From Gammaproteobacteria bacterium (GTDB lineage Bacteria; Pseudomonadota; Gammaproteobacteria; DSM-19610), in assembly GCA_020347685.1 (NCBI GenBank), contig CP070738.1, positions 2,038,986 through 2,084,926 of the forward strand: a DNA stretch of 45,941 nt. Reading direction: 5' to 3'. The position numbers and the translations under genes are program-made. The notes beneath the pieces are model-generated. The model was given only the letters and a program-made list of their open reading frames with translations, ran no database searches and was not told the DNA's origin. Position 1 is the first letter of the stretch. Each line of letters begins with the position of its first letter. Positions 42,781-45,941 of this stretch are shown here, piece by piece.

Positions 42781-44040
42781 CTATTTCATATGGGCGATGA
42801 TCGCCTCGCCAAACGCGGAACAACTCAGTTTGGTTGCTCCCTGCATCAGTCGCTCCAGATCATACGTCACGGTCTTGGCAGCGATCGCCCCGGACAATCC
42901 ATTCACGATCAGGTCAGCCGCCTCGTTCCATCCCAGATGGCGTAACATCATCTCCGCCGACAGGATCAGTGAACTCGGATTGACCTGGTCCTTGCCCGCG
43001 TACTTGGGCGCGGTGCCGTGCGTCGCCTCGAACAGTGCCACGTGGTCCGACAGGTTGGCGCCAGGCGCCATACCGATACCGCCCACCTGCGCCGCCAGTG
43101 CGTCGGAAATGTAGTCACCGTTGAGATTCAGGGTGGCGATCACGCTGTACTCTGCCGGGCGTGTCAGGATCTGCTGCAGGAACGCGTCGGCAATGACATC
43201 CTTGACGGTAATCTGTTTGCCGGTCCTGGGATTGTTGAATGAACACCAGGGGCCCGCGCCGATTTCCTTGGCACCGAACTCCTCTCTGGCCAGTTCGTAG
43301 CCCCAGTTCTTGAACGCGCCCTCGGTGAATTTCATGATATTGCCCTTGTGCACCAGGGTCACCGAATCGCGGTCCTGGTCGATGGCGTATTGCAGGGCGC
43401 GGCGCACCAGTCGCTTGGTGCCGTCGGAGGATACCGGTTTTACCCCGATGCCCGAGGTGGCGGGAAAACGTATCTTGGTGACGCCCATTTCCTGCTGCAG
43501 GAAATCGATTACTTTCTTCGCTTCCGGGCTGCCCGCCTCCCACTCGATACCCGCATAGATATCTTCCGAGTTCTCGCGGAAAATCACCATGTCGGTCTTC
43601 TCCGGTTCCTTGAGCGGGCTGGGTGTCCCGTCGTAGTAACGCACCGGACGCTGACACACGTACAGATCGAGTTCCTGGCGCAGTGCCACATTCAGTGACC
43701 GGATACCGCCGCCGACCGGCGTGGTCAGGGGGCCCTTGATCGCTACCGAAAATTCCTTGATCGCCGCCAGCGTCTCATCCGGCAGCCAGGTGTCGGCGCC
43801 GTAGACCTCGTTGGCCTTTTCCCCGGCAAAAATCTCCATCCATACAATCTTGCGCTTGCCGCCGAACGCCTTTTCCACCGCTGCATCGACAACTGTGCGC
43901 ATCACCGGTGTAATGTCGACACCGATGCCATCGCCCTCGATACACGGCACGATCGGCTGATCCGGCACATTCAGCGACAGATCCGCATTGACGGTAATTT
44001 TTTCGCCCTGTTGTGGCACGACAATCTTCTGATAATCCAT
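42781..44040 (-). CDS. icd: NADP-dependent isocitrate dehydrogenase (E. coli-type dimeric)
   Basis: [40 protein letters not shown] and HGTAPKYAG motifs. Start at ATG 44040 with an AGGA SD. Confidence 0.97.
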   Translation of the reverse strand: MDYQKIVVPQQGEKITVNADLSLNVPDQPIVPCIEGDGIGVDITPVMRTVVDAAVEKAFGGKRKIVWMEIFAGEKANEVYGADTWLPDETLAAIKEFSVAIKGPLTTPVGGGIRSLNVALRQELDLYVCQRPVRYYDGTPSPLKEPEKTDMVIFRENSEDIYAGIEWEAGSPEAKKVIDFLQQEMGVTKIRFPATSGIGVKPVSSDGTKRLVRRALQYAIDQDRDSVTLVHKGNIMKFTEGAFKNWGYELAREEFGAKEIGAGPWCSFNNPRTGKQITVKDVIADAFLQQILTRPAEYSVIATLNLNGDYISDALAAQVGGIGMAPGANLSDHVALFEATHGTAPKYAGKDQVNPSSLILSAEMMLRHLGWNEAADLIVNGLSGAIAAKTVTYDLERLMQGATKLSCSAFGEAIIAHMK

Positions 44041-44073
44041 GTGATTTCCTAGCTCGGCAAAAAAGATCGCGGG

Positions 44074-44082
44074 ATTGTACCA
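44074..44082 (-). promoter_or_regulatory. Extended -10 promoter element of icd
   Basis: Minus strand TG-G-TACAAT, 33 nt upstream of the start codon. Confidence 0.55.
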
Positions 44083-44119
44083 AAGGCGGTAGAGATAATC
44101 CGCACTCCATGGGGCGTTA

Positions 44120-44225
44120 GCCACGGAAGACACGGAAAGCACGGAAAGTCACTGCGGCCGGGGCATCTGCGCCCCGGCAGGGCTTTTGCTTTCAGTCGTT
44201 CCGTGCCTTCCGTGTTTAACGTGGC
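44120..44225. repeat. 106-bp palindromic element: 27-bp inverted arms built from 9-bp tandem units, with a nested inner hairpin
   Basis: Left arm GCCACGGAAGACACGGAAAGCACGGAA (44120-44146) and right arm TTCCGTGCCTTCCGTGTTTAACGTGGC (44199-44225) are 23/27 complementary. Inner perfect stem GCCGGGGC-N6-GCCCCGGC at 44157-44178. Confidence 0.85.
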
Positions 44226-44230
44226 CCAAC

Positions 44231-44262
44231 AAAAAACCCCCGCAACCGGACGGTCGCGGGGG
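44231..44262 (-). terminator. Intrinsic terminator of the exported-protein gene
   Basis: Minus strand CCCCCGCGACCG-TC-CGGTTGCGGGGG followed by TTTTTT, about 30 nt after the stop. Confidence 0.85.
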
Positions 44263-44290
44263 CCTGTTTCGGTTTACCAGACCGGGTGGC

Positions 44291-45208
44291 TTAGATTTCG
44301 CCGCCGGCAGTCTTGATCAGCGCTTCTTCGATGGCATTGGGTGCGCACATGATGTTGAAGAAGGTCGCGCCGGTGTCGCTCTGGATCATCGGCAGATGCG
44401 GCATGCTGATGGCGATGCGGAAGCGCGCATACAGAGCGTAGACATCGCCGTCAGAGACCAGGATCTCATACGGCAGATGAGGCGTGGAACGGATGGTGTC
44501 CTTGTCGATGCGGCTCATGATGTACTCGTCACCGCTGCAGCCGGTGTCGGAGAGACCCACGCCAAATACGGTTTCATTGCGGCCCGGGATGTCGATGCGA
44601 TACACCTTGGTGGCGCCGCCGCGACCCGCGGCCAGGCCTTCCTCGACGGCAGCAAGAGCATCTTCATAGCTGTCGTACTCGGCGAGTTCGCTGGGGTCAT
44701 CAAAGTATTCCATGCCGAACATGTAGTGGTACTTGCGCAGATCATTGGCAGTCAGCTGTTTGTCACCGGTGCCATAGGCCTGATCGTTACCCAGTGCGGA
44801 CTGCAGGCTCTGCAGCGCGGCAGCGGCTCCCGAGGTGTTCTCGAGCCGATAGGCGTTGGCGAGATACATCGGGTTGGTGTAGCTTACCTGGATTTCGTCG
44901 CCCACCTGGGTCACGGTGACGCGCTGGCCTGCTGCATAACCGCCGAATTCGGAACTGGCAGCGTCCTGCTTCAGGGCATCGTTGGTGATCGCAATGACGA
45001 TGGCGCCGTCATACGGCGTATAGGAACCGGCGACTTCGAAACCGGCAGCCTGAACCTTGCCTTTCACCTCGTCGGCCACCGCCTGGATGTCACCGTTGGT
45101 CTTGTAACCCAGCACGAACGGCTTGATCGCGTCATCTGCGAAAGAGCTACCCATGGAAAGTGCCAGCAAGGCACTGGAAAGGAATAATTGCTTAACGACC
45201 TTTAGCAT
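44291..45208 (-). CDS. Hypothetical exported (Sec signal peptide) protein, 305 aa
   Basis: Strong SD GAGGAGGAG, signal peptide MLKVVKQLFLSSALLALSMGSSFA, biased codon usage, own terminator. Confidence 0.88.
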   Translation of the reverse strand: MLKVVKQLFLSSALLALSMGSSFADDAIKPFVLGYKTNGDIQAVADEVKGKVQAAGFEVAGSYTPYDGAIVIAITNDALKQDAASSEFGGYAAGQRVTVTQVGDEIQVSYTNPMYLANAYRLENTSGAAAALQSLQSALGNDQAYGTGDKQLTANDLRKYHYMFGMEYFDDPSELAEYDSYEDALAAVEEGLAAGRGGATKVYRIDIPGRNETVFGVGLSDTGCSGDEYIMSRIDKDTIRSTPHLPYEILVSDGDVYALYARFRIAISMPHLPMIQSDTGATFFNIMCAPNAIEEALIKTAGGEI

Positions 45209-45387
45209 GATGTCTCCTCCTCACGTTCAGTCGTGATTTGTTAGTAAAGCCGGAATCTGCGCGGGCAATCCCAGCGTTATTATTATGGCCTTTTACCCTT
45301 TGCCGGTTCCCCGGACCCGTATCACTGCAACAGTGCCGAAGGAACCGGAGGCGAACCCGCGCTAAGCGGCGCAAGGTCATAACCGCT

Positions 45388-45415
45388 ACTTTATTGCCCC
45401 CTCGCACAATGTCAA
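45388..45415 (-). promoter_or_regulatory. Putative sigma70 promoter of the exported-protein gene
   Basis: Minus strand TTGACA-N16-TAAAGT. Confidence 0.5.
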
Positions 45416-45523
45416 GTCTATGACGCCCATTCAGGCCCGTTTTTTTCACAAATGCATCAATTATAATAAATAACTATCTGTTAATACGCTGTTTCAATTG
45501 CCAACCTGGGGTACGCCTGAAGC

Positions 45524-45941
45524 ATGAGCTGGAAACCGAGAGTCACGGTGGCTGCCATCGCCGAACAGCGCGGCCGATTCCTCATGGTCGAGGAACACGC
45601 CGACGGTCAGATCCGTTTCAACCAGCCGGCCGGGCATCTGGAAGACCGGGAAAGTCTTATCGATGCCGTGGTCAGGGAATGCCTGGAGGAAACCGCCTGG
45701 CGTTTCGAGCCGCAGGCGCTGGTCGGTATTTACCGCTGGCGCAAACCCGACAGCGACGCTACGTTTCTGCGTGCGACTTTCTCGGGTCGCTGCCTGGAGC
45801 AGGACACCGGGCGCCGCCTGGATACAGATATCATCGCCGCGCACTGGTTGACGGCGGACGACATCAGGGCGCGTGCGGACCGCTTGCGCAGCCCGCTGGT
45901 GTTGCAGTCGATCGATGACTATCTGCTCGGCAAGCGCTATC
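45524..45941 (+). CDS. nudJ: NUDIX hydrolase NudJ/YmfB-like (3' truncated; absent from the ORF track)
   Basis: Manual translation from the ATG at 45524: MSWKPRVTVAAIAEQRGRFLMVEEH...FNQPAGHLEDRESLIDAVVRECLEETAW (Nudix box)...LRSPLV. Lies near icd, as in E. coli. Confidence 0.9.
   Translation, partial: MSWKPRVTVAAIAEQRGRFLMVEEHADGQIRFNQPAGHLEDRESLIDAVVRECLEETAWRFEPQALVGIYRWRKPDSDATFLRATFSGRCLEQDTGRRLDTDIIAAHWLTADDIRARADRLRSPLVLQSIDDYLLGKRY

Noticed and set aside
42712-43000. Prophage attachment at the 3' end of icd (as for e14 or phage 21 in E. coli)
   Set aside because: No integrase and no duplicated icd 3' end; cspD follows directly.
44120-44225. CRISPR array interpretation of the 9-bp repeats
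   Set aside because: The units are 9 bp, contiguous, without spacers and inverted on the second arm; there are no cas genes.
45494-45918. ORF-track calls 45494-45844 (-), 45663-45851 (+) and 45679-45918 (+)
   Set aside because: They are superseded by the NudJ-like frame starting at 45524, which runs off the window end.

Overview
GC-rich gammaproteobacterial chromosome segment. Gene order and content suggest a Chromatiales-like lineage (inference only). It is almost entirely core genome. From left to right: (1) a fadE-thiolase-fadJ-acyl-CoA ligase beta-oxidation operon; (2) the conserved yceD-rpmF-plsX-fabHDG-acpP-fabF-pabB-pabC-mltG-tmk-holB-pilZ-tatD cluster on the minus strand, followed by an orphan PilZ gene; (3) a ~7.4 kb plus-strand block of two-subunit pyruvate carboxylase, a REC-REC-PAS-GGDEF-EAL protein, ppk2 and a small unknown ORF; (4) the conserved ald-ftsK-lolA-rarA-crcB-DUF190-serS and trxB block; (5) an N-degron/proteostasis locus (FemAB-like GNAT, aat, bpt, small unknown ORF, infA, clpA, clpS), then cspD, icd, an unknown exported protein and partial nudJ. 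I found no tRNA/rRNA, CRISPR array, transposase, integrase or defence system, and no clearly new multi-gene system. The best leads are: a nested 9-bp-repeat hairpin element upstream of icd; an FNR-type class II promoter on ppk2 and its unknown partner; two sigma28 promoters linking a c-di-GMP enzyme and a PilZ receptor; uncharacterised genes inside the N-degron operon; and several apparently leaderless genes. All calls come from motif recognition by eye, with no database searches.
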